Shown here: in pieces, positions 25,056 through 37,372 of the stretch
How positions within the stretch are numbered: position 1 is the first letter of the stretch
Layout: every line of letters starts with the position of its first letter
DNA from: Antechinus flavipes
Lineage: Eukaryota
Length of the DNA: 64,000 bases
Reading direction: 5' to 3'
Assembly (NCBI RefSeq): GCF_016432865.1
Contig: NC_067400.1
Coordinates: 58,838,001 to 58,902,000, forward strand
Notes under the pieces: generated by a model
Told to the model about the DNA's origin: nothing
The model's database searches: none
Seen by the model: the letters and a program-made list of their open reading frames with translations, nothing else
Program-made: the position numbers and the translations under genes

Positions 25056-26469
25056 AGGAGTCTATAGAGCAGGTAACTGAGGAAGAGGGAATTCAGCAAA
25101 CACAACTGACTTAGTTTGATCATTATAATTACACAGCTTCAGTGGCTGTTTTCAAGAGGGAAGGGAAAGAGTTCTTTGATGAATATGCACATCATCCTTA
25201 AAATACACAAGCAAACTACAAGCTCTATGCCATATTCCTTGTTTTATGTTGCAATCACATTATCACTCTCAACACATGTTAAACCATAGTGCCTTCCTTA
25301 CTCCAGGTAATTTCTTCCGCTGTGACATGCATTGGCAAGACTCCAGTTCCTGAAATCGAGGTGAAGTGTGGGAGAGAGAGAGCTGCTGATGCTGTAAACA
25401 AGACTATGGCTGGCTGCTATGTTCTGCATGATTGCTCAGTAGATGAATCGCTGGGAAACTGACAGGCCCCAAGAGAGGAAGCAATGGTAGTTCTGAGAGA
25501 AACCATTCTGTGCCATATGTGTGGGGTAGAGAAAGGGAATGCTGTCTGGAAGGTGTTTTCTGGAAGGCCTGGGGGAGAGGTCCTGCTATTTCTCATATTT
25601 TATCATTTAGATTTTATTCTGACAAATGTGAAAGAAACAATGAGGTTAGAAAATCAAAATGATGACAATTTGTCTAAAAGTGAAATGGAGTATTTATGTA
25701 GGGCTGGTTCTTAACAGCTTGTGTATCATGTTTGTCCCTGCAAACAACATCTACAAATGAAAGGCTCCTCCCTTAGACCCTCGCAGATGCAGCTGCAGAT
25801 GGTGAATTGTGGCAGCAGTAATCATTGGTTTGGATTGTTCAAAACTCATAAATTAGATGCAGGTGACTAGATTGCATGGGGAAAGTAACATTTTTTCATA
25901 GGATCATAGACAGAGTTAAAAGGAAATACAGAAATAATTTAGTCCAATCTTTTATTTTTCAGATAAGGTAATTTTGATCCAGAAAGTTGGAATGACTCAT
26001 CTGAGGTCATATGAGTGATAGAAATACTCAGGTCCTTTGGCTACTGAGCCAATATTCTTTCCTTGCTCCATGCTGCTTTCTGTTCCACTTAAAAAAGAAA
26101 GCCATCAAAAATGACCATTAGGATAATTTCCTAAATAGTTGATTTTCAAACTGAAAAAAAAATGGCACTGAGTGAAAGAAATCAGTGAGAGTATTGGAAA
26201 CAGATACAAAGATGGATGCCAAACCTTTCCAACTTTGAATTTGTTGGGAGGGTTTTTGGATGAAGATACCTGTCTATTTATTTGCATTTTTGTCAGTAAT
26301 AGACATCAACAACTGGAGCCTGTGCTCTATACCTTTTGCAGAGGTTTAGGAACTATGTTGTCAATCTGAGACTTGAGATTTGGCCTGACCTGAGTTTACA
26401 TTGCTCTACTTGGTCTACTCCAATTCTACTAGAAAAAGTAGTCAGTTAGATATATTCTCTCATTTTTAT

Positions 26470-26950
26470 GAGTGATGTACACTCAAGCTTTTACAGACAC
26501 TTAAATTTTGAGAGGTGTAAGAAAGTACAAACAACAACAAAAATGGTAAACATACTATACTTTGATTCATATTCAGTCTCTATAGTTCTCTCTCTGTATG
26601 TGGATGGCACTTTCTATCCCAAATCCGTTGCAACTACCTTGAATCACCTCATTGTTGAAAAAAACCAAGTCCATCACAATTGATCATCACATAATCATCT
26701 TGCTACTGTGTGCAATATTTTTCTACTTCTGCTCATTTCAGGTGAGTCTCTCCAGGCTTTTCCAAAATCAGCCTGCTCATCATTTACAATAAAATAATAA
26801 TATTTCATTATATTCATATACTACAACTCATCCAGCCATTCCCCAACTGAGGGGCATCACTCAATTTCTAGTTCCTTGCCGCTACAAAAGGGCCACCACC
26901 AATATTTTTTCACATGTAGGTTCCACTCCTTCTTGTATGATCTCTTTGGG
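26470..26950 (-). mobile_element. L1 3' fragment
   Basis: Same text as the other L1 3' ends here (gaatcacctcattgttgaaa...attgatcatcacata; tcagccattccccaactgaggggcatc). Confidence 0.9.
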
Positions 26951-27930
26951 ATAATATCTGTCTGTCTTAGAAACAAAAACAAATTCAGAATTAATTGCTA
27001 GATATTTCATTATAAATATTTTTCAAAATGACAAAATGAAATGTTTAAAAGTTTCTTTCTGTGGATTCAAAAAGAATGCCAATTGTCCTTGTCACTTAAA
27101 CAATGAGCTCAAAGCTACAACATATCTTGATAGAGGAATTGTTAGTCTCTTCTACAGGAAACTGAGAAAACTCATCATTTTTTGCTTGGGTGATTGGTGG
27201 GGAATGGAAGAGATGGAAAAAGAGAAATCTAGTGGATGGTACTTACAAGTTTACTTTTGGTAAAATCAGAAAAAATGCCGAGAATTGTTTGGGTTTTAAC
27301 ATTGGTTTGTGTAAGTCCTGGTACCTTCTGCCAAACTGCAAAGGCTTTGAGTTCTGACCCATTATTGGATTGAATGTTTTTTTGAATATCAGTTTAGCTA
27401 AATTCAGATAGGCTCATCACCAAATAAGTCAAAGAAGACAATGTTTTGGGCAAAGGATTTTCCATAGACTGTAGGGAGGATTTGTACTACTGTTAGAAAA
27501 CTAATTAAGCATTGTAATCATGTTGGCATTGGTGTAGTAAACAGATTTACTATTGGACAACATCTCAGTTGGAATGTTTATGATAGGAGAGGACCAATTG
27601 AACTCTTCATGATAAAGTCCTTTCCCTTCTTCCTCTGGTTATTTCCCTGGTTTCCCCCCTTCATGGGGGAATGTGGATCAGATATGAGAGTTTTTGAAGT
27701 TGTAGCTATTATTTCCTATAAATAAGATACTGTCTATCTTCCATATCTTCTCCTCCTCCTGCCTCAAAAGAGAAGGAACTACTCTCTCTCAATGGCTGGA
27801 TTCTTCTTCCCTAGATGAGAGTTGTTTCTCTTCAGTGTTCTCAGGGCACACACATTTCAGTAGTGTTTCTAGCTTCAACCCCTAGAGAACATGCCTTGTA
27901 TTTATCTATCAAGGGCATGGCTAGACTTTC

Positions 27931-29502
27931 TTTTATTTTTTATTATGGCTTTTTATTTACAAGATATATACATGGGTAATTTTTCCGCATTGACAATTGC
28001 AAAACCTTTTGTCTCAATTTTTCTCCTCCTTCCCCCCACTCTCTCCCCCAGATGGCAGATTGACCAATATATGTTAAATATGTTAAAGTTTAAGTTAAAT
28101 ATAACACATATATACATATCCATACAGTTATTTTGTTATACAAAAAGAATCAGACTTTGAAATAGTGTACAATTAACCTGGGAAGGAAATAAAAAATGCA
28201 GGTGGACAAAAATAGAGGGATTGGGAATTCTATGTAGTGGTTCATACTCATTTATCAGAGTCTTTCACTGGGTATAACTGGTTCAATTCATTACTGCTCT
28301 ATTGGAACTGATTTGGTTCATCTCATTGTTGAAGAGGGCCATGTCCATCAAAATTGATCATCATATAGTATTGTTGTTGAAGTATATAATGATCTCCTGG
28401 TCTTGCTCATGTCACTCAGCATCAGTTCATGTAAGTCTCTCCAGGCCTTTCTGAAATCATCCTGCTGGTCATTTCTTACCAAACAATAATATTCCATAAT
28501 ATTCATATACCACAATTTATTCAGCCATTCTCCAATTGATGGACATCCACTCAGTTTCCAATTTCTGGCTACTACAAAGAGGGCTGCCACAAACATTCTT
28601 GCACATACAGGTCCCTTTCCCTTCTTTACAATCTCTTTGAAGTATAAACCCAATAGTAACACTGCTGGATCAAAGGGTATGCACAATTTGATAACTTTTT
28701 GAGCATAGTTCCAAATCACTCTCTGGAATGGCTGAATGTATTCACAATTCCACCAATAATGTATCAGTGTCCCAGTTTTCCCACATTCCCTCCAGCATTC
28801 CGCATTATCTTTCCCTGTCATTCTAGCCAGTCTGACAGGTATGTAGTGGTATCTCATAGTTGTCTTAATTTGCATTTCTCTGATTAATAATGACTTGGAG
28901 CATCTTTTCATATGACTAAAAATAGTTTCAATTTCTTCATCTAAGAATTGTCTGTTCATATCCTTTGACCATTTATCAATTGGAGAATGGCTTGATTTCT
29001 GATAAATCAGAGCCAATTCTCTATATATTTTGGAAATGAGGCCTTTATCAGGACCTTTGATTGTAAAAATATTTTCCCACTTTATTGCTTCCCTTCTAAT
29101 CTTGTCTGTATTAGTTTTGTTTGTACAAAAGCTTTTTAACTTTATATAATCAAAACTTTTCTATTTTGTGATCAATAATGATCTCTAGTTCTTCTTTGGT
29201 CATAAGTTCCTTCCTCTTCCACAGGTCTGAGAGGTAAACTATCCTATGTTCTTCTAATTTATTTATAATCTCGTTCTTTATGCCTAGGTCATGAACCCAT
29301 TTTGACCTTATTTTGATGTATGGTGTTAAGTGTGGGTCAATGCCTAGTTTCTGCCATATTAGTTTCCAATTTTCCCAGCAGTTTTTGTCAGTGAGTTCTT
29401 ATCCTAAAAGCTGGGGTCTTTGGGTTTGTCAAACACTAGATTATTAAAGTTATTTGTCCTTTGAACTTAACCTATTCCACTGATCAACTAGTCTATTTCT
29501 TA
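27931..29502 (-). mobile_element. Younger 5'-truncated L1 with an ORF2 C-terminal frame (28348-29016, 222 aa)
   Basis: ORF2 motifs EMQIKTTMRYH, CWRECGKTGTLIHYWW and CPSIGEWLNKLWYM. A 16-bp TSD gcatg(g/a)ctagactttc lies at 27915-27930 and 29503-29518. Confidence 0.95.
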
Positions 29503-29569
29503 GCATGACTAGACTTTCAGCCACTCAATAACCAGCTACTCTCTAATTTCATGGAGTAAAATTTCTCTC

Positions 29570-29800
29570 TGCCTGGCACTAGACCTAGAGTCAGGATGAC
29601 CTGAATCCAAATATGGCCTCATATACTTATTGGCTATGTGATCCTGGCCATGCCATTTAACCTCTGTTTCCTCAGCTGTAAAATGGGGATAATAATGACA
29701 TTTACCTCTAGAATTGTTATGGGGATCAAATGAGATAACAATTGCAAAGTACCTAGCACATAGTAAGCTCTATAAAAATGTTAGCTATTATTATTATAGG
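29570..29800 (+). mobile_element. MIR/CORE-SINE
   Basis: ctggcactagacctagagtcaggatgacctgaatccaaat...gtttcctcagctgtaaaatgggg. Confidence 0.8.
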
Positions 29801-30574
29801 TAATTTAATATGTTAACACTACACTGTCTCTGTTACCTGCCTTTTAACTTCTATGATTTTATTAATTTGGCTGAGGGGAAATCATCTGATTAGGGACCTT
29901 CTGATCAACTCTTCCCCTATTACATCAACAAGAATTTATTAGTCAATCCAAAAGCAATTATTAGGCATCTATTTTATTTCACAAACACCTCTTGGATGTG
30001 TCTTTGAGAGTTCATGACATTCTGATTTTTCTTTGTTTAAGGGGAAGACATAATTACAACTTGGCCTAATATAGTATGTCAGGAATTTGACATTTTCATA
30101 AATATTTTCTCATTTTTTCTGTATAACATGAAAAGCACTGTATATAGGACAAAGAACACTTCTTGACTTATACTTACTCCCCAATTTAAAATCATTTCAT
30201 AAGAACTTTTCCTTTTTCCTCATCTCAAATTATGCAGATCTTTCCCTTTTTATCATCTCCTCTTTTATCCCATTTTCAAGATAGAAAAAAAATCCTTTTT
30301 GCTAAAGCATATCCTTGAACCTGCCACCACTATTATACTTGTTTTCTCTTAATTCTAATCTATCTACCAGTATGTTCCATTCTGTCTAAAAACACACGCA
30401 TGTCTCTTATATCCTTAAAGAATTCTCATTTGATCTTCCAATTAACATTAGGTATTGTCCTCTGTCACTCTTTCCCTTTATGTCCAAATACCTTGGGAAA
30501 GCCTTTTATTACCTCTGTTTCCTCTCTTTTCCTTCTAAATCCTCTGAAATTTGGCTTTTAGTCTCTTGTTTTGA

Positions 30575-30810
30575 ATGACTGGCTAGAGTCAAGAAGACTT
30601 ATCTTCCTGAATTCAAATCTGGTTTCAATTACTTACTTGCTTTGTGACCCTGAGCAAGTCACTTAAACCCTGTTTGTCTCAATTTCTTCATTTGTAAAAT
30701 GAGCTGGAGAAGGACATGGCAAACCACTCTGGTATCTTTGCCAAGAAAATCCCAAATAAGGTCAAGAAGAATTGGACAGGATTGGAAGAAAAATGACGTA
30801 GTAACAACAA
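30575..30810 (+). mobile_element. Mar3-type SINE (CORE head plus RTE-derived tail)
   Basis: CORE followed by gagctggagaaggacatggcaaaccactctggtatctttgccaagaaaa...aacaacaa. Confidence 0.8.
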
Positions 30811-31004
30811 AAACCTTCTACAATATTATTAATGATCCCTTAATTGCTAGATTTAATGGCTTTTTCTTAATCCTGATACTCCTTGACCTCTTTGCAGCAC
30901 TGGACATTATTGATCACTATTTACTTCAGGATTTTTTCCTAAGTTTTTGTGACACTTCTCATCACACAAAAAGGCTCCTTTTTTTTTTTTTTTTTTTTTT
31001 TTTT

Positions 31005-31756
31005 TTGGCATACTCTGATCTAGCAATACCATTACCAGACCTGTATTTCAAAGAAATAAAAAAAGGCAAAAGATCTATAAATATAAAAATATTTATAGCA
31101 GCAAAGAAATGGAAATTGAGAGGATGCCCATTAATTGGGAAATAGCTAGAAAATTTGTGATTTATGATTGCGGTGGAATACTATTGTACTATAAAAAATG
31201 ATTAAAAAAAAAAGATGAGTAGGATAGCTTCAGAAAAACCTGGGAAGACTGATATGAATTAATGCAGAGTGAAGTGAGCAGAGTAGAAGAAGAAAATGGC
31301 AAACCATTACAATGTCTTTGCCAAGAAAACCTCAAATGGGGTCACAAAGAGTCAAATATGACTGAAAATGACTGAACAACAATGAAGTGAGCCAAACGAG
31401 GAAATCATTGTACGCAGTAATAGCAATATTGTAATGATGATGGATTGTAGAAGACTTAGCTACTCTGAACAACAGAGTGATCAAGACAATTCTGAAGGAT
31501 TAATGATAAAAAATGCTATCCACTTCCAGAAAGAGAACTGATGAATTCTGAATGCAAGCTGAAGTATAATTTTTCCAAATTCTTTATTTCTTTTGCTTTT
31601 TAGTTTTTTTATGACATTGCTAATATGAAATAGATTTTGTATGTTTTCACATAAGTAATTAATATTATGTTGCTTCCCTTCTCAATTGGTAAGGGAGAGA
31701 TGTCAGGGAAGGAGAAAATTTAAAACTCAAAGTTTAAAAAAAAGAATGTTTAAATA
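31005..31756 (+). mobile_element. Older L1 3' end containing an RTE-tail SINE fragment (about 31285-31382)
   Basis: DLAIPLPDLYFKEIK...KWKLRGCPLIG; the inner gaagaagaaaatggcaaacc...gactgaacaacaa is an RTE/Mar3 tail. Confidence 0.8.
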
Positions 31757-31773
31757 TGTAAATAACTTTTTAA

Positions 31774-32373
31774 TTTAATTTTATTTTATAATAACTTTTT
31801 ATTGACAGAACCCATGCCAGGGTAATTTTTTTTTTTTACAACATTATCCCTTGCACTCGCTTCTGTTCCGATTTTTTCCCTCCCTCCCTCTACCCCCTCC
31901 CTAGATGGCAAGTAGTCCTATATATGTTAAATATGTTGCAGTATATCCTAGATACAATATATGTTTGCAGACCGAACAGTTCTCTTGTTGCACAGAGAGA
32001 ATTGGATTCAGAAGGTAAAAATAACCCGGGAAGAAAAACAAAAATGCAAATAGTTTACATTCATTTCCCAGTGTTCTTTCTTTGGGTGTAGCTGCTTCTG
32101 TCCATCATTTATCAATTGAAACGGAGTTAGGTCTCTTTGTCAAAGAAATCCACTTCCATCAGAATACATCCTCATACAGTATCGTTGTTGAAGTGTATAA
32201 TGATCTCCTGGTTCTGCTCATTTCACTTAGCATCAGTTCATGTAAGTCTCTCCAAGCCTCTCTGTATTCATCCTGCTGGTCATTTCTTACAGAACAATAA
32301 TATTCCATAACATTCATATACCACAATTTACACAGCCAGTCTCCAATTGATGGGCATCCATTCAATTTCCAGT
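31774..32373 (-). mobile_element. Young 5'-truncated L1 (600 bp)
   Basis: ORF2 C-terminus CPSIGDWLCKLWYM... and an exact 17-bp TSD tgtaaataactttttaa at 31757-31773 and 32374-32390. Confidence 0.95.
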
Positions 32374-32559
32374 TGTAAATAACTTTTTAAAAAGACTTTT
32401 TTTTCCATTATTTGGACTGGAAACAAACCTGTACTTACCCAAATTCTAATGGGGCTTATACAGCAGAGTTTTTTCCACAAACTCTGAAGGATTGAGCTCA
32501 TTGGCCAGTTTGCCTTGTCAGTGCTAATTCACAATATCTTCTCTAAACAACATCTCTCC

Positions 32560-33215
32560 ATTTATAGGGTCACAATTCTAGTTTAGATAGTCATCGCCTC
32601 TCACATAGACTAGTATAGAAGTCTTCTGGGTTTCTTGCCCCGATCCTCTGCATTCAAATTATTTTCCTCTCAGCTGCCAAGGAGATTTTTCTAAAGCAGA
32701 TCTAAGTTCATGTCTTGCATGCCTCCCTCCCACTCTGGAAGTGAGATCTAGTAGCTCTCTGTTTTCTCCAATATTAAATATAAAGTCCTCTGATTGGCAT
32801 GTAAAACTCTTCATAAATTGTTTCCTTTTAACTTTTTTAGCTTTCTGTGATCCTTTATTGTTTTCTGTGTGATCTACAATCCAGCTACACTGACTGACTT
32901 GCATTTCCTTGAAAATGTCACTTCATATTCCATCTCTGTGCCTTCCATTATCAATGTCTGTAGTGCCTGCCCCTCAACTCTATTAAATAGATTCTTTGAT
33001 TTCCTGCAAGGCTCTGCTTTTAGACTATTTTTTTTTTCTATTCTCATTACAGTCTGTTTTCCTCTTGATAGGTATATGTTGTTTCTTGCATTAGAATGTA
33101 TATTCCTTGAGAACAGACACTAACTTCCCTCCATCCTTTCCTTTGTCTTCGTAGTGTATAGCAGGGTGTTTAGTGCGTATTGAATACTTAATAAATGCTC
33201 AATGACTCAATTAAA
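32560..33215 (+). mobile_element. L2 3' portion
   Basis: cagctgccaaggagatttttctaaagc... and ttccttgagaacagacac...ttaataaatgct. Confidence 0.75.
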
Positions 33216-35959
33216 GGTAGTGCTGGAACCAGAATCCAAATCTCCGATTCCCAGACTAGTGTTCTTTCTTCCCCAGGACCATATTTGCCTGAGGCTTGGA
33301 ATAGAAAATCAGTGTGACCTTTGATAGGTAGAGGGGGTAAACTCTTACTGTCAGCTTCACACTAATTAATGCTTGAGCTGGACAAAGGCTGAATGTGAGA
33401 GCATAATGGAATTCCTGATCAAACTCCAACTCCAGCATTAGCTGCAAGATACTAGAGATGCATTCCCTAATAGAAGCAGCTCTGGTGACTGGGAAGGCAA
33501 TTAGCATAATTAGCTCCATTCTGAATAATGGCTACTTTTATAAGATCATTAACACTAAGTAGAACCCACAATGCTGTTTTATTTATTTATTTATTTTGCC
33601 TAGTTTTAAAAAGTAGTTAAAATTGAGTTTGAGAATTTTTCCATGACATCAAAATGACTTGTTGGTCAGGTAGTAATGGTAAGAAAAATCATTTGAGTAG
33701 TTTTTGTAAACAACAAGTAACCTAAATGGTTTTAGTGAAGTTTTTACTTTTCAAATGGTTGCTTTGGCAGAGTAAAAAATTAGCATAGAGCCAAGATTTC
33801 AAGGATTTTTTTTTTCTTTTCCTGGAGATTCACTGCTTAATAGATCAGATTAGTGTGAGTTGATTCAATTGCTCTATTTTCACAGCCACCAGTTCTCAAT
33901 CAGTTGATAGAATTACTTATGTAGAATCTTACAATGTATTATTACACAGAGAAGGACTGTGTTTTAACACCATGATGGTTCTGTTTCCTATGAAGCCAAG
34001 TTACCATCTAAATGTCAGAGCTTTGCTTGTCTTTTGTTCCCAAAGGAAAAAAAAAAACTAATATTTCCCCCCCTTTATTTATGACCTAGCATAATTTAGC
34101 ATGCAATCAGATTGCCTGGAAAATAAGTGGAGACCCAACATAATTCAGTTCACAGAAGTCTAAGTAAAAACTTGGAGTTTTCAGACAAGTAGAAATAACC
34201 TATCCAGTTATTTAGTTGGTCATTTTTTCTCCAAGAATTATTAAGGAATACTGCCTCTTTTGATACTTTCCCTGCATTAAGGAGTGGGTTATCTTTCAAA
34301 TGGAAATCAGATTTGGCTCATACCCACAACTCCTCTTATATCCTTTGGAGAAGACTACTGTGTCTTTACATCAGTGATTTAATATTTCAGAAGCACAGTA
34401 AACAACTTTATAGAATGTAGTTTGATTTATAATTAGATGCTTCAGTGTATCTGTGAGATGAGCATCTTTCCTTGGCTCATTTTGTAACTCTTCTACACCA
34501 TCTCATCCCCTGAAATTCATGATCCTGTCTCTATATAAATGTTCCAAAGAAGATCCATCCACTGCGCTGGAAAACTTCTAGTTCATTTAATATTTCATGG
34601 AAAGCCCAGTGAAACACTCAAGTCTATTCATCTGTTATCTTCTCTTACATTTCTCCCCCATTAGGTTATGAGTTTCTTGAATGTAATGACTTGCTTTTTT
34701 TTTTTTTTTTCGGTATTCCCAACATTTAATGTAGTGTGTGGTACAAAGTAGTCACTTCATATACTTATTAATTTGGTTGGCTCATCTTTTCCCCTCATTG
34801 TAAAGGGGACCCAAGTCTGTGAATTTATTCCCAAACTCCTAAGCCATAATTCCTGAGAAGACAGGCTTATATCATTTGGCCTATTTCCTAAAGATGCTTT
34901 CCCTGGATCAATCAATTAAGAAACATTTATTAAATCCTTACTATATTTTAGGCGCTGTGCCAAGTAATAGGGATGCAAAAATAGCCCAAAATAGCTTTCT
35001 TTAAGGAGTTTAGCTTTTATTGGAGGAGACAATGTAAGCAGCTATACAAACAAGTTTGAGTTGGGTCTTCAGTGAAGACTAAGATCCATCTTTTCTCATA
35101 TTATTGATTTCTTTTTGTTTTATGCTGAGGAATTTGTATAAGGCTGTTTCACAAGGAAAATCACAAAGATATAGCAAGTGTTTCTCCATCCAGTTCTTCT
35201 TTGGGGGGCATAAATGCCTCTTCTAAAGTGTAAGGTTGCTACAGAGGCAAGTTTAGTAAAAAACAAAACAAAACAAAAAACTATCTTTAACTACTCCAGT
35301 ACATAGAATACCCCAGAGTGCAGGAAGATGAATGTCCTGGCTGGCTTGGCTGAATATGGCAGCTACTTCAGGGTTAGTGAGAATGGACTATGGTGCTCCA
35401 GATTTCTATATTATTCTGCCTGTCCTTTATTTGTATCCTCATATTAGTCACTTAGACTTCTATAAGAACTATGTACTACTTAGAACTATAATTGGGTTCT
35501 TTCCCATTGTAGGAGAGTAGTTTAGAGACCTAAGAAGATCTTTACTCATTCATCTGGATTCTTGTGTTGGGGCTGTGTAATTCCAATAAGAGTCAATTAA
35601 GAGTGAAGTTAATAGTTGTTTGACCAATGGGGACAGATTGAAAGATATTTGGCAATTTACCCAGTGCATGATATGAGAATCTCCTTAGATATAGGTTTGT
35701 AGGGTAGCATTCATCAGGCAAACATTATTCAAAGTAACATTGTGGGAAATGAAGAAAAGAAAAATGGACATTCATAAAACACAGGTGGTATAAAAAAAGA
35801 ATAATATATTAGAGAAAAATGTGTATTCTTAGGATGTAGATAAAGAGTTTATAATCTGAATATAACATCTTTCCACTAGACCAGGCTAGGAGGGGAACTT
35901 TCCCAAGCCTCTAGAATCTTCCACCTTCAATCATTATCTTTTGCTTCCACTAAGAAGTG

Positions 35960-36390
35960 AGAATGGGACATTGAAGGACATAGCTGCACCAGCTTTGTCC
36001 TTCAATTTATTTACAACAAGATAGTTGAAGACAGTGTGCCTGAGATTCATATGGGGGATGAAGGCATCATATCTTCTTCTTACACACAATGTATCACACA
36101 TTTATAACATTTGAATCCAAAAATATATCAGCAGACTCATGGACTGTTAGAGTTGAGGCATCTCTACAGCCATTTAATGTCCTCCAGATCCACAATATCC
36201 ATATCATAGAAGTAATAGCTATCTCATATGGAGTAGCCAAGTTTTTTCCATGAAAGTCAGTGAAAATTTCTTTGAAGCTCAATTGCTTACTAGGGGAGTA
36301 AGGATCAAACCACTGACAGAAATTTTTGGTCACAAAAGTATAAAATCCCCACATATAAGAAGATGGGAGCTCTTCAGACTTAATCATCCC
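35960..36390 (-). pseudogene. Tentative degraded endogenous bornavirus-like nucleoprotein element (EBLN candidate)
   Basis: By-eye collinear motifs against recalled BoDV-1 N: QWFDPY/QMFNPH, TDF/TDF, LNGCRDASTLTV/LAECMDA-TLTI, ADIFLD/AYEIRDFLE. After a frameshift: PHMNLRH/PFLGAIRH and AGAA/ASAA. About 25% identity with several gaps; no search run. Confidence 0.3.
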
Positions 36391-36559
36391 TCCCCCGCCC
36401 CCCCCCCCATCACAGTGTAACAAACATGATACTGTATCTTTGTTATTTATCTTTTCTATAGTCTTATTAGGTAAGCTTCTTTTTGTTAAATGTTAGATGG
36501 ACCATGAAGATCTCATTTTTTTTTCCATTCTGAACACGAACCATAATCCTGTTTTGAGT

Positions 36560-36980
36560 CAGACCTGGGTGAACCATAATCCTGGCCTGTGTCAGACTTG
36601 GCCCAAGAATATCCCATCATGATATAGTCAACAAATGGTCATTCAGCCTGTGCTTGAAATCTAAATATGGGAAATTCACTACTTCTTGAGAAAACCTACT
36701 TTATTTTTAGACAGTTTTGATTGTTAGGAAGTTTTACTTGGGATGTAGCTTAAACTATGACTTCTAGAAATCTCTATTTTTGCCCCTGGCATTGCCATTT
36801 TGGGCCAAATAGAATAGTCTAATCCTGCTTCCATTTGATATCCCTTCTAATAGTTAAAGACAGTTATTATGTCCCTTGAATTTTCATTTCTCCGGACTAA
36901 CCAATTCCAGTTTCTTCAACTGATTCTTATATGACATGGATTTGGGATTCTTCACCATCCTAGGAGTTATATGAACAATC
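36560..36980 (-). mobile_element. CR1/L3-MIR3-type 3' fragment
   Basis: tggtcattcagcctgtgcttgaa...ttgattgttaggaagtttt...ttttcatttctccggactaa...ccagtttcttcaactgattctt. Confidence 0.65.
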
Positions 36981-37372
36981 CATACATAGGGTATCCTAAA
37001 TATCTCAATGGAATTTAAGCTATTAAAGCTTTCAATACTATTAAATATCTTAATAACTACAAACTCCACTAAGACATTTGGAATAGCCTTTATTTCTTCT
37101 TTTCTGGCCATCCTTGATACTTCTTGTCTTGAATAATTTTAGCTTTATAATGTGTTTTATTCTGGCACATAATAAGTGCTTAATAAAGGCTTATTAATTG
37201 ACTGACTCTTGATTAGCTTATTGCTCATGCTAACATACTTCTTCTTTGATCTTGGGTGATGCTTAGCTTCAATTCTTTGAAAATTGTGATATTCTAAGTC
37301 TCATGGTCATAAAACTATCATTAGGGGGATGCTAAGTTTTTTTTTTTTAATTTTTTAAAAAGACAGATCTTT

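Noticed and set aside
27235-27400. Minus-strand frame IQSNNGSELKAFAVW resembling an integrase SDNG motif, ending at a GTAAGT donor
   Set aside because: Single weak motif with the catalytic D missing and no flanking integrase pattern.
36010-36320. Plus-strand IVEDSVPEIHMGDEG ... RIKPL resembling the pogo/Tigger DDE region; also ESADIFL and CLH..Y resembling filovirus NP on the minus strand
   Set aside because: The spacing between motifs does not fit either protein. These look-alikes also show how easily by-eye matches arise, which is why the EBLN call is low confidence.
36176-36420. Plus-strand open frame FFEAQLLTRGVRIKPLTEIFGHKSI resembling tyrosine recombinase box II (Crypton-like)
   Set aside because: It lacks the upstream HxxR motif and the catalytic Tyr downstream of GH; likely chance.
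36538-36603. Degenerate 33-bp tandem duplication (gaaccataatcctg...gtcagac) and other short tandem copies (49350-49393, about 7440-7480)
   Set aside because: Two-copy slippage duplications, not CRISPR-like or functional arrays.
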